32,000 nucleotides of DNA from Candidatus Heimdallarchaeota archaeon B3_Heim (GCA_003144275.1 NJBF01000027.1:32502-64501); one strand, 5' to 3'; positions 9,567-18,533 are shown, numbered from the stretch's first letter. A program made the numbers and translations. Notes: generated from the letters alone by a model not told the origin.

Positions 9567-10619
9567 TCAAATTGCATCTGTTACTTCGGATAAAGTGAAT
9601 ATACATTTTGTACCTTTTCCCCCAGCACAGAGTGGATCCTCTTCCATTTGAAATTGTTTGTTAAGGACTTCAGAAGCATAACCACTCCACATCTGTCCTA
9701 AAAAGCGACAAAAAGACAAATTTGACCCTCTTTCTCCCAGACCACAAATTTCAACCGAGCCATAGAATAATAACTCATCTAATTCCTCTATTGGGAGTAG
9801 ACCAATTCCTTTAAGCAATTGATGATTCTTCAATTCGGGGAATTCTAGGCGTATATTTCTTACCATTATCTCGCCTATTTGATGTGCATACTCACTTAAT
9901 TTTTCAGAATTATCAATATTGATATAGAAAAGCTCAAGAATCTTCAATGGTTTATCTGCTATGTCTTTTCTTTCCAATAAAGATGGTAAATTTTCACCGA
10001 CAACTATTCTTGTCGCCTCAATTAAAAACCTAGCAGCATCCTGTGCTCGGATTCCAGTGCCTAGAATAGGTTCCAGAAGAACTGTAATTGACAATGAAAC
10101 TCCTGGAATTTCCTCTTCTGTACCAATTACCTCTGCAAATACGTCTTCTGCAGCACGAAATTGTATTTCATACGTAAAACGAGGAGATATTGTCTCTGAA
10201 TTCGTAAACGATGCTTGTACATTAGTGCCCATAAATGCATATCCTAAACCTTTCACAACAATAAGCAAGAGCCTTTTTACAAGCTTTTCCTCCTTTTCAG
10301 AGGAGGAACGCCATATTCTTCCCTTTCCAAGATGGATCGTTCCAATTCGGGTATCCTCCTTCCAATCGATTTCACAGGGAGAAAAACCCAGAGAGGCAAG
10401 AAACAATTTTGCTTGAGCTGTAGGGTTATCACCAGCTGAAAGAGTGAAAGTTTCCCTCACAAGAGGAAGAATGATTGCTTCTAGTGCTTTTTCTCTTTCA
10501 GTTTTTTCAATTTGCTCTAAAAGCTCCTTAGCTATGTTCAATACTGATAAACCTAAGAATCTTTTTACCCGTACTCCGACAATCCCTTCTGAAAATCCAG
10601 TAGTCTGTTTCTCAGTCAA
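9567..10619 (-). CDS. V4R-domain protein, probably tandem (Cys-free N-terminal V4R/Bet3-like domain plus C-terminal Zn-V4R)
   Basis: C-terminal C...FCRFLGQMWSGY...EEDPLCAGGKGTKCIFTL is a V4R signature. The N-terminal half has a similar helix/LGF/beta/helix/beta pattern. Confidence 0.72.
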   Translation of the reverse strand: MTEKQTTGFSEGIVGVRVKRFLGLSVLNIAKELLEQIEKTEREKALEAIILPLVRETFTLSAGDNPTAQAKLFLASLGFSPCEIDWKEDTRIGTIHLGKGRIWRSSSEKEEKLVKRLLLIVVKGLGYAFMGTNVQASFTNSETISPRFTYEIQFRAAEDVFAEVIGTEEEIPGVSLSITVLLEPILGTGIRAQDAARFLIEATRIVVGENLPSLLERKDIADKPLKILELFYINIDNSEKLSEYAHQIGEIMVRNIRLEFPELKNHQLLKGIGLLPIEELDELLFYGSVEICGLGERGSNLSFCRFLGQMWSGYASEVLNKQFQMEEDPLCAGGKGTKCIFTLSEVTDAI

Positions 10620-10795
10620 TTCTTTGACCTTCTTCTAAAATATTAACATTAAATGGAAGAATTTTTCTCTTCAAATAACAAGATTTATCAATTATATGAA
10701 TAATGTAAACAATAAGAAGCAAAAAGGCCTTAAAAAGGATTGGATTAGAAGGACTCAGTTACTAATTTTTTAATTTTGGATGAGTGTTAGACAAA

Positions 10796-11152
10796 ATGAA
10801 CCGATTTGTGCGCTTTTTCCGTAGGATCTTCACACCACCAAAATTATCCCATAATGCTTCCCGAGTAGCACAGAAACGCATGGAAATTGCTTCAAAAATT
10901 AGTGATGACGAAATCTATGTGCAAACGGTTCGTAATGCTCTTCGTGTCCCAGAGGCAACTGTAACAGATAAATTGACATTTGCCTTTTCCTCTCTACCAG
11001 AAGCCCCAACTAACTTCCCAAATGCAAAAAATCTTTTTTTTGATATATTAGAATTTCTCGAAATAAACGAAGAAATAACCTCTACAGATGTGCAGCTTTT
11101 CAAAGAAACACTTGAGCATGTGAACTCTTTTGAAGAATTAATGACAGGATAA
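10796..11152 (+). CDS. Hypothetical protein with an N-terminal basic amphipathic helix
   Basis: Fills the gap between the V4R and GTPase genes. MNRFVRFFRRIF N-terminus. Start ATG10796 or GTG10784. Confidence 0.7.
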   Translation: MNRFVRFFRRIFTPPKLSHNASRVAQKRMEIASKISDDEIYVQTVRNALRVPEATVTDKLTFAFSSLPEAPTNFPNAKNLFFDILEFLEINEEITSTDVQLFKETLEHVNSFEELMTG

Positions 11153-11204
11153 ACTTAGAACTTATCCTATAATATCGTCTGTTTGTGCTTACGCAGAACT
11201 CACA

Positions 11205-11741
11205 CTATCGATTTAGCTCAATAATGGAAATTGCCATGTGCTCAAATGTTTCTTGAATATGATCCCCAGTTTTTGCCGAAGTTTCAAAAAAATGTGCGAC
11301 CTTGTAAGCAGTCTGTGCTTTTTGCCCTTCTGATGTTGAAATTTGCCGTTCATCAATTAAATCATTCTTATTTCCTACTAAATACAATGTTGCAATTGGA
11401 GAATATTTCCTGAGCTGTTCTTGCCAGAGTGGTATCTTTTCTAATGTATCTGGACGAGTAATGTCATAAACTAGCAGGGCACCAGTTACCCCTTGAAAAA
11501 AGACACGTCCAACTTGAGTGGATCTCGTATGGCCCCCCAAATCCCAGATTTGTAGCCCAACCCTAACATCTTTTCCGTCTAAAGTTAAATTCACAGATTT
11601 TACAAGAAAGTTTGCACCAATGGTAGCCATATAATCGCCTGGAAAACGGTCTTCCACATAACGGAGCACCATGGAAGATTTTCCGACACGAAACTCACCA
11701 AGAAGTAATATCTTGGCGAGAAAGTTGAAGTTTAACGACAT
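11205..11741 (-). CDS. Rab/Ras-like small GTPase with atypical G1/G3
   Basis: G1 GEFRVGKS, G2 TIGANF, G3 WDLGGH, G4 NKND, G5 ETSAK. No C-terminal Cys motif. Confidence 0.95.
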   Translation of the reverse strand: MSLNFNFLAKILLLGEFRVGKSSMVLRYVEDRFPGDYMATIGANFLVKSVNLTLDGKDVRVGLQIWDLGGHTRSTQVGRVFFQGVTGALLVYDITRPDTLEKIPLWQEQLRKYSPIATLYLVGNKNDLIDERQISTSEGQKAQTAYKVAHFFETSAKTGDHIQETFEHMAISIIELNR

Positions 11742-11934
11742 ATTGGTTCAAATCTGGAGCACAAAGGTGATTGAATATTACACGTATTCTGTGATATAGA
11801 AGTAAAAAAAGGTTTTCACATTGTCTTAAGAAAAGCTTTGTTTTGTCACCTTTTGGCGAAGATAAATAGAAACAATGATGATAAACGTTTCAGAAAACTC
11901 TAAATGATGTTCATAAAATCGATACACGATTTTG

Positions 11935-12225
11935 ATGAGACAATTTTTTAGAAATTTTGGGAATATAAGAAAGATGATACGAAGAGGGAACCCTTCTCAA
12001 AGTGTTATTCGCGTCTGTCCAATTTGTCTGAAGAGTACATTATCAATACAACCTAGTTTTTTGACGTTTATTGTACCTCCTAACTACTCCTGCTCAAACT
12101 GTGACTACAAAGGGCCTATATTTGCAGAAGTCCCTGTTGAAGATTATATTCAGCTACTTAACGAAAAAGAAGAGAATATTGAGCAAATGCACGTAAATAT
12201 GGACATTATAGAAGATGACGAATAG
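11935..12225 (+). CDS. Small Zn-ribbon protein
   Basis: CPIC...CSNC-x-Y-x-GP, amphipathic N-terminus and acidic tail. Overlaps the M20 gene by 11 bp. Confidence 0.8.
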   Translation: MRQFFRNFGNIRKMIRRGNPSQSVIRVCPICLKSTLSIQPSFLTFIVPPNYSCSNCDYKGPIFAEVPVEDYIQLLNEKEENIEQMHVNMDIIEDDE

Positions 12226-13348
12226 TTTATCAATTGTAAAGAATTTAATTCGGATAAATACTGAAAATCCACCCGGAATAACTACTGAAATTATTAATTG
12301 GATTGAACAATGGGCGAAAACCGAGAAAATTCCTGCAAAAGTCCAATGGTATGAGAACAAAAAAGGAAATATTCAATTAAAAGTCGGTGATGCCGATAAA
12401 ACCATACTTATTTGCGGACATCTAGATACTGTTCCAATTGGTGATATCTATAATTGGAACCATGATCCAGTTGGTGGAGTAGAGATAGATGATCATATTT
12501 ATGGAAGAGGATCCGCTGATATGAAATCAGGGGTGGCTGTTGCTCTTAGTACTCTTAAAAGAATTAATAGGGAGTTTAAACCCTCAGAAATGCAGTATAG
12601 CATCACTTTCTTGGGGACTAGTGATGAAGAAGTAGGATTGGGAGGAGTTAAGGCCTCATTAGAACTGGGTTTATTAGATAAAACGGAGTTTCTTATCATC
12701 CCTGAACCGACTGGTTTGAAAGTTGGTATTGCAGAAAAGGGGGTTCTTTGGTTATCAATAATTGCTTCAGGTAAAACTGCTCATGGTTCAACCCCTGAAA
12801 AAGGAATAAATGCGATTGAAGAAATTGTAAAACTGTTTCCCATCCTTCATTCATCGGTACCTAATCATGTAGATGACATTCTTGGGAAGAGTACACTCAA
12901 TATCGGAGTTATTCAGGGTGGGAATATCGCTAATGTGGTTCCAGAACGAGCTGAGGTTCAGTGTGATTTTCGACTTGTTCCCCCCATTCAACCAGCGGAT
13001 TTTAGCAATAAGTTAACTCAAAAAATTGCAGATTTTGCCCTTGAAAGCCCAGCAAAGTTTGAATGTCAAGTTAAGCAGACTATGCCAGTAATAAAATCCT
13101 CTGAGGATAACTATTTTGTTAAGAAATTTCTAGAAAAATCTGGAACTCAACAACTTTCAGGGTTAAATTACGCAACAGATGGAGCAGTCTTAGTATCTAA
13201 TGCTCCAAAGGAGCTTCCTTTTGTCCTTTATGGTCCTGGAAATCCCAAAAAAATTCATGTATCTGATGAACGCGTTAGTATCCAAGAAATACACGCTGCT
13301 GAACAAACTTTCATGGATTTCCTAACCGAAGTGTGTTTCTCAAGATAG
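12215..13348 (+). CDS. M20 family (ArgE/DapE-like) metallopeptidase/deacylase
   Basis: GHLDTVP, GRGSADMKSG, DEE, PEPT, GKTAHGS-x-P-x-x-G-x-NAI and HVSDER. Confidence 0.93.
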   Translation: MTNSLSIVKNLIRINTENPPGITTEIINWIEQWAKTEKIPAKVQWYENKKGNIQLKVGDADKTILICGHLDTVPIGDIYNWNHDPVGGVEIDDHIYGRGSADMKSGVAVALSTLKRINREFKPSEMQYSITFLGTSDEEVGLGGVKASLELGLLDKTEFLIIPEPTGLKVGIAEKGVLWLSIIASGKTAHGSTPEKGINAIEEIVKLFPILHSSVPNHVDDILGKSTLNIGVIQGGNIANVVPERAEVQCDFRLVPPIQPADFSNKLTQKIADFALESPAKFECQVKQTMPVIKSSEDNYFVKKFLEKSGTQQLSGLNYATDGAVLVSNAPKELPFVLYGPGNPKKIHVSDERVSIQEIHAAEQTFMDFLTEVCFSR

Positions 13349-13385
13349 AAGAAAAATGATTATCATAAGTATTAGGAAGAATTTT

Positions 13386-13817
13386 TCATGCAAGATTGAT
13401 AATGAATTGTTCTTGTTCATCAGTTTCAATTGCTAAAGGATTAACATTGCGTACTCTACGAATTGCTTCTTTAGATTCTACTTGATCAAGTATTTTAATC
13501 AACGATGCCAGAATAGTGCCAGTTCGGCCATAACCCGCTGTGCAATGTATAAGTACAGGAAAATTTGGCTTTAATTTTTGTTGTTGTGCCAAAAATTTCA
13601 TTATCTCTGGAATGTCGTCAGAAGAGGGAATACCATAATCAATGATTGGTCTATGTAAGTATGCAACATCTAGTAATTGTGATAATTCCTCAGATGTACT
13701 GTCTTCTTGTAAGCAGATAATTCCTGCTAAATCTATACTTTTAAGAAATGGAAGGTCAGATATTTGTGGTTGACTTGCTCCACCAAATCTTTCTTTATCT
13801 ATCCAGTAGAGAATCAA
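13386..13817 (-). CDS. Dual-specificity/Cys-dependent (PTP-like) phosphatase
   Basis: CX5R loop HCTAGYGRTG, PI-x-DYGIP general-acid loop and IETDEQ. Confidence 0.92.
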   Translation of the reverse strand: MILYWIDKERFGGASQPQISDLPFLKSIDLAGIICLQEDSTSEELSQLLDVAYLHRPIIDYGIPSSDDIPEIMKFLAQQQKLKPNFPVLIHCTAGYGRTGTILASLIKILDQVESKEAIRRVRNVNPLAIETDEQEQFIINLA

Positions 13818-13819
13818 TT

Positions 13820-14503
13820 TTAAAACCTTAAATCTTTCAGTAATATAAAACGGACTTGATTCGATTCCAAATCCGTTAATACTTTAGTAAGAACAGATTC
13901 CTCTGTATAAACAGGTTTTGTCAAATCAAGAATAACATAGACATCAAAATCCAGTATTCTTGCATCGAGAGCAGTGTATTTAACACAATAATCCAAAGCC
14001 AACCCGCAAATGAAAACATTGGTAATACTAAATGCCTTCAGATACTCATTTAATCCTGTTTTTGTTTTTTTATCGTTTTCTAGAAAGGCAGAATAGGAAT
14101 CAAGACTCTTGTGATACCCTTTTCTAAGAATAATATTGGCCAATTTCTGATCAAGATTTGGTGCGAATTCAGCTCCCTTAGACCCTTGTACACAATGATC
14201 TGGCCAGAGAACTGGGCCCAATCCAGGACCAGAATATTCATCAAACGGATTTTTTCCAGTATGAGCACTAGCAAATGAAAGGTGACCAGGTGGATGCCAA
14301 TCTTGTGTAAAAACAATCTGATTATTTTGAGAAAAAAAGGTTCCTAAGTCATTGATTCCAGGAATTATTGTATCTCCATCCGTCACAGCAAGGCTCCCTC
14401 CAGGTAAAAAATCATTTTGCATGTCAATAACTAATAATCCGTCAGAATCAGTTATTTTTATCGGAGAGCTTAAGTTCACGTTGATCTGCATATTTTTCCT
14501 CAT
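13820..14503 (-). CDS. pncA: Nicotinamidase/pyrazinamidase
   Basis: IDMQNDFLPGGSLAV, TQDWHP, WPDHCVQG, KG...DSYSAF and GLALDYCV. Confidence 0.95.
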   Translation of the reverse strand: MRKNMQINVNLSSPIKITDSDGLLVIDMQNDFLPGGSLAVTDGDTIIPGINDLGTFFSQNNQIVFTQDWHPPGHLSFASAHTGKNPFDEYSGPGLGPVLWPDHCVQGSKGAEFAPNLDQKLANIILRKGYHKSLDSYSAFLENDKKTKTGLNEYLKAFSITNVFICGLALDYCVKYTALDARILDFDVYVILDLTKPVYTEESVLTKVLTDLESNQVRFILLKDLRF

Positions 14504-14554
14504 CCACTTGATCGTGATATACTTATCCGTCTCGGATTGATATAAATTCTGTAC

Positions 14555-15754
14555 CTATTTTCTTAACACATCGAGTTGCTCTCGAATATAAGCTCTTATT
14601 TCTTCAACAGATGGTTTCTCACGAATTCTTTTCCCTTTCTCAATTTGTTTGCTTAATAATGGTTTCATTGTAATCTTACAGTTCTTACAGAGCACATCCT
14701 CGTTTTTCCACTTCAGTACTTTTATTTTTAGACATTTTTCGCACCTTAGAACATTCTTTCTCCCAGAAAATTTCCCTCGTTTTGCTACAGGTTTCCACTC
14801 TCCATTCTCATCAGCTAATGCAACAATGTCCAAGGCAAAATCAATTGGTGGAGCAGCACTAATTTCACTTCCAATACCGAATCCATCAACGAGATCTACA
14901 TACTCAAAAACATCTTCTTCACCTAGGCCACCTGAGATATATAATTTTACATCATAAAAACCTCGGTGATCCAGCTCCCACCTTACCTCTTGAATAATAC
15001 TTTTGAAATTTCCCCTACGGGAGGAAGGAGTATCCAATCTAACTCCTGCTAAATTTGGAATTGCTTCTGCTGCCAGAATAGCTTCAATTTTTTCGTCATA
15101 ATATGTGTCGATTAAGGCAATTCTAGGAACATTACTTGATACATGAGTATCAAATGCTTTCCAAGCAGTTACTTGATCTTGAAAGAGAATGATGAGAGAA
15201 TGAGGAATCGTACCTGTAGGTGATATTCCTAACTTTTCAGCTCCTAGGATACAACTGATTCCATCACAACCTCCAATGTAGGCGCAATATGATACGACTG
15301 GAGTAATGGCAGGATGAGCTCTGCGAGCTCCGAAACTTAGAACTGATTTATCCTTAGCTGCTAATCGTATTCGAGCAGTTTTTGTGGTCATACCACTCTT
15401 AGAGCAAACGAAACCGAGTAGAGGCGTTTCAAATTTACCAAAACTAAGATATTTTCCAATAATCACAATTGTAGGAATTTTTACTCCATTTTCATCTTCT
15501 TTTTGAAAAATAGATCCCTCAGGCATCGTATAAACGTCAATATCCAGACCAACCAACAGATCAAGAATATCTTCTATACCTGCTAGGACTCCCCAGTTAG
15601 ATCCTTTTATTGAAGAGGCAGTTACCTCAACAACTACCATTTGATCACGTGATGCCTTTTTCAATACCTCTTCAGTCCGTAAGAAATAAACATCAGTTGT
15701 CTTGGCATTCTTTATCTCGGCCTCAGTAGCTAAAAAAAATGAATTCTCGCCCAA
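14555..15754 (-). CDS. pncB: Nicotinate phosphoribosyltransferase (archaeal type)
   Basis: TTDVYF, FGARR-x-HP, GTIPHSL, LIDTY, GVRLDTPSSRRG, AKRGKFSG-x-K and a C-terminal Zn-ribbon (CEKC...CKNC). Confidence 0.95.
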   Translation of the reverse strand: MGENSFFLATEAEIKNAKTTDVYFLRTEEVLKKASRDQMVVVEVTASSIKGSNWGVLAGIEDILDLLVGLDIDVYTMPEGSIFQKEDENGVKIPTIVIIGKYLSFGKFETPLLGFVCSKSGMTTKTARIRLAAKDKSVLSFGARRAHPAITPVVSYCAYIGGCDGISCILGAEKLGISPTGTIPHSLIILFQDQVTAWKAFDTHVSSNVPRIALIDTYYDEKIEAILAAEAIPNLAGVRLDTPSSRRGNFKSIIQEVRWELDHRGFYDVKLYISGGLGEEDVFEYVDLVDGFGIGSEISAAPPIDFALDIVALADENGEWKPVAKRGKFSGRKNVLRCEKCLKIKVLKWKNEDVLCKNCKITMKPLLSKQIEKGKRIREKPSVEEIRAYIREQLDVLRK

Positions 15755-16006
15755 TTATTCTCACCGTTAAATGCTAATGGATTTGTTATAATACGCTTAT
15801 AAGCTAGTTCTTTAATCATTAATCTGTTTACTTAGCGTGTAAGATGAACATATTTTTGCGTAAACACATATAAATTATATTACGAAAATCTACTTCAAGG
15901 ATTCTTTCTCGCAAAATGTATTAAAACCCAGAATGAGCTACCTAAAACAAACAAATCATAATCAAATTACTATTATATAAAAATCATTCCTAAAAGAGGG
16001 TAAAAT

Positions 16007-16549
16007 GTGCCATTATATAAAATATGTCTGTTAGGAGACGGAGGAGTCGGAAAAACGTCACTTCGCGAGCGATTTTTGGGAAAAGGGTTCCAAAGTGGCT
16101 ATATTTTAACAATAGGAGCTGATTTTGCTGTTCAAAATCTTACTATTAGAGATATTCAGTACAAATTCCAAATCTGGGATTTAGCAGGACAACAGCGGTT
16201 CTCTGCAGTACGGGCGTTGTATTATAAAGGCTCACATGGAGCGATTTTAGTTTTTGATCAGACCCGTCTAGACTCGCTTTATAGCTTAGATAATTGGAAA
16301 CAGGAACTTTACACTAATGTTGGTCGAGAAATTCCCTTCGTCATTTTAGGCAATAAAAGCGATCTGCCTGGTGCAATAGATCAAGAACAAATTGATCGAT
16401 TCGTTAAAAAAGCTCACTCAGAAACTCAAGATATCCCTTTTAACCTCAAATATTTAAAAACATCAGCCAAATCTGGTTTAAATGTAACAGAAGCATTTGA
16501 GCAATTGGCTATCATCATTGGAGAATATATTGAGGAATACAAAAAGTGA
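16007..16549 (+). CDS. Rab-like small GTPase with canonical motifs
   Basis: GDGGVGKT, TIGADF, WDLAGQ-x-RF, NKSD and TSAK. GTG start with GAGGG upstream. No prenylation motif. Confidence 0.96.
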   Translation: MPLYKICLLGDGGVGKTSLRERFLGKGFQSGYILTIGADFAVQNLTIRDIQYKFQIWDLAGQQRFSAVRALYYKGSHGAILVFDQTRLDSLYSLDNWKQELYTNVGREIPFVILGNKSDLPGAIDQEQIDRFVKKAHSETQDIPFNLKYLKTSAKSGLNVTEAFEQLAIIIGEYIEEYKK

Positions 16550-16562
16550 AATATCTAATCTT

Positions 16563-17327
16563 TCACAATGATGAAATAAAAATGGATATTTCTTCGGGCG
16601 CATGAAAAACTCGAAACTCATCGCTTAATTTTTGCGTATTTAGCTGGTCGATGGATCGTACATGAATCTCTATTTCTTCATCCACAGCAAAATTTCTTGG
16701 GTATTTTTCAACGCATTTTCGGCATCCTACACAAAATTCTGGCAGAAAATCGACATCTGAATATTTTTTTGAGTCCAAAGCACCGAAAGCGCACACTTTC
16801 GTGTCAAAATCTTGAGACTTAAGAGGTTTTTTTTGTCGTACTGGTAAGCTTGAAGTGATAGAGTCAATTCCTCTATCGGTCGGAAAAATTCCAATCATTT
16901 GTCCTGCTTTTTTCCCAGCCGATAGAATATTTAGAATCATCGAATCGTTTATTCCTGAGGTAAGTTTCGCGACAGAATTTGATGTTAATGGACTAGCAAC
17001 GATACATTTTAAATTGTGATTAGCTAACCAAATACCTTTAGCAAAAGTTGGATCTTTCGGTAAGGCTGAATAGTCGGCATTAGATTTTCTTAGTAATTGT
17101 TCTATATTATGATCCAAAACAAACTGGCTTTCAAATAAGAAAAGCAAATTTGTATTTTTCAGATTCAATTTACTTAAATTCCAGAAAAAACCATATCTAT
17201 TGTAAACTAAGGCGCCTGCATCTGAAAAAATCACTAAAATTGGATATTTTTTCAAAAGTAAATTTACAAAGATTCGATAATTCTCATCAAAAAAATCTCC
17301 CCCTCCTGTTATGCACCAAACTATCAG
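16563..17327 (-). CDS. Archaeal flavoprotein with a ferredoxin insert (DmrX/AfpA-like); the true start lies upstream of the listed TTG
   Basis: In-frame IVWCITGGG upstream of TTG17255, SPLTSNSVAKL-x-x-GI-x-D, CAFGA...CVGCRKC and R-x-ID. Start placed tentatively at CTG17327. Confidence 0.75.
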   Translation of the reverse strand: MIVWCITGGGDFFDENYRIFVNLLLKKYPILVIFSDAGALVYNRYGFFWNLSKLNLKNTNLLFLFESQFVLDHNIEQLLRKSNADYSALPKDPTFAKGIWLANHNLKCIVASPLTSNSVAKLTSGINDSMILNILSAGKKAGQMIGIFPTDRGIDSITSSLPVRQKKPLKSQDFDTKVCAFGALDSKKYSDVDFLPEFCVGCRKCVEKYPRNFAVDEEIEIHVRSIDQLNTQKLSDEFRVFHAPEEISIFISSL

Positions 17328-17413
17328 ATTATTCTCATGATTGGCAACAAAGGATGTTAAGGAACTATTTTCTCGTGAATGAGTGTTTTGACCATTTTTT
17401 GTCAGTTTGCAGC

Positions 17414-18256
17414 CTAGCCTGTTTCTTCAATAGATCCGATATCACAGTCTGGTCCAACCTTAACTTTTTTTCCAATCACAGTTTTCGCTTTAACTCCTTC
17501 AAGATAAACCTGCCCACCAGATTTAATATTATTTACCTTCAAAGATCCTTTTCTGGAAGTTTGCTCAATATAAATGTCTCCTCCACACACTAAATCATCA
17601 TCAATTCTGCAATTCCCGTTTAACTCAGAAGTGAATTCGTTATTACACTCCACCGATCCAAAAATTTTGTAACTCCCTGAGAATTCAGCTTTATCACAAA
17701 CTACGTTGCCGTCAACTTTGATGGCCCCACTAGAAACAACAGAAGCATTTTTACCTAATAGAGAACCCTCTATTTTACCTGAACCTGATGATGCGAAACG
17801 TTCATGAACTTTCAATTCCCCATTAACTTTAAATGAACCTGATGATAGAAAACTTCCTGCTTCAATTGGGCCTTCAGCCTTTAGTGAACCTGAAACTTTT
17901 AAAGAATCAGTTTTAAGGTTTCCTGGTAAAGTTCCAGATCCAGAAATTTTAATCTCTTCGTCACTAACTTTTCCTGAACCTGAAATCGTGATTGTACCAT
18001 CTTTCCAACCTTCTATTCGTCCTGAACCGGATATTGTCACATATGAGTCAGTCACTTTTCCAGAACCTGAGATTGAAATATAAGATAAATTTCTAAGAAA
18101 ACTATTTTTTTTGAGTACACTAACTTCCTCTTGAAGTTTTACACTGTATTTCTCCTTTAATTCTTTATATTCAGCCTCTGTGATCTCATCAGCATGTAAT
18201 CGTATTTCTAATGCTTTAATTAATGTTTTAAGGTCTTCAATTTCTTTATTCGACAT
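17414..18256 (-). CDS. Polymer-forming (bactofilin-like) beta-helix protein with an N-terminal SHOCT-like helix
   Basis: About 8 repeats of I/V-S-G-S-G-K-V/I followed by G-x-L/V. N-terminal DEITEAEYKELKEKY. Start ATG18256 (TTG18265 alternative). Confidence 0.78.
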   Translation of the reverse strand: MSNKEIEDLKTLIKALEIRLHADEITEAEYKELKEKYSVKLQEEVSVLKKNSFLRNLSYISISGSGKVTDSYVTISGSGRIEGWKDGTITISGSGKVSDEEIKISGSGTLPGNLKTDSLKVSGSLKAEGPIEAGSFLSSGSFKVNGELKVHERFASSGSGKIEGSLLGKNASVVSSGAIKVDGNVVCDKAEFSGSYKIFGSVECNNEFTSELNGNCRIDDDLVCGGDIYIEQTSRKGSLKVNNIKSGGQVYLEGVKAKTVIGKKVKVGPDCDIGSIEETG

Positions 18257-18406
18257 TAGTTTCAACCTTTTTATTCTTACAGGTTAGTAGATTAGATATT
18301 TTCTACAAATTGTTGAAAATTCTAATTCTACAAGCGTATCTACTCTATTTTATATCTTAAAGCGACAATTGTTATAAAATGTTGTAATAATCTCGGTTTA
18401 GAGCCA

Positions 18407-18420
18407 AAGCTCGAGAGCTT
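18407..18420. promoter_or_regulatory. Palindrome AAGCTC-GA-GAGCTT, candidate operator
   Basis: Perfect 6-bp arms in the divergent intergenic region upstream of the ArsR-like gene. Confidence 0.3.
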
Positions 18421-18533
18421 ATACAATAAACCCCAAAGTTAAAACTTACGAATCTTTATTAATTCGAACTCACGGAACATTTTTTTGTTGCAAATCTTCA
18501 TTTCTTAAACGAAAATGTAAACACAATGTGAGG

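Noticed and set aside
9535-9590. ATGATGA (C-box-like), possible C/D sRNA
   Set aside because: No proper CTGA D or D' boxes at the expected spacing.
9961-12699. ORFs 9961..10416, 10444..10638, 10915..11103, 11231..11413, 12154..12360 and 12499..12699
   Set aside because: Antisense shadows of the V4R, GTPase, Zn-ribbon and M20 genes.
14080-14957. ORFs overlapping pncA/pncB
   Set aside because: Shadows of conserved genes.
17150-17593. 147-aa plus-strand ORF
   Set aside because: Antisense to two supported genes, including the extended flavoprotein 5' end.
17600-18100. Recurring CCTGA/GAACC DNA words suggesting a repeat array or CRISPR
   Set aside because: Explained by the SGS(G) beta-helix protein repeats; no fixed-length repeat-spacer structure.
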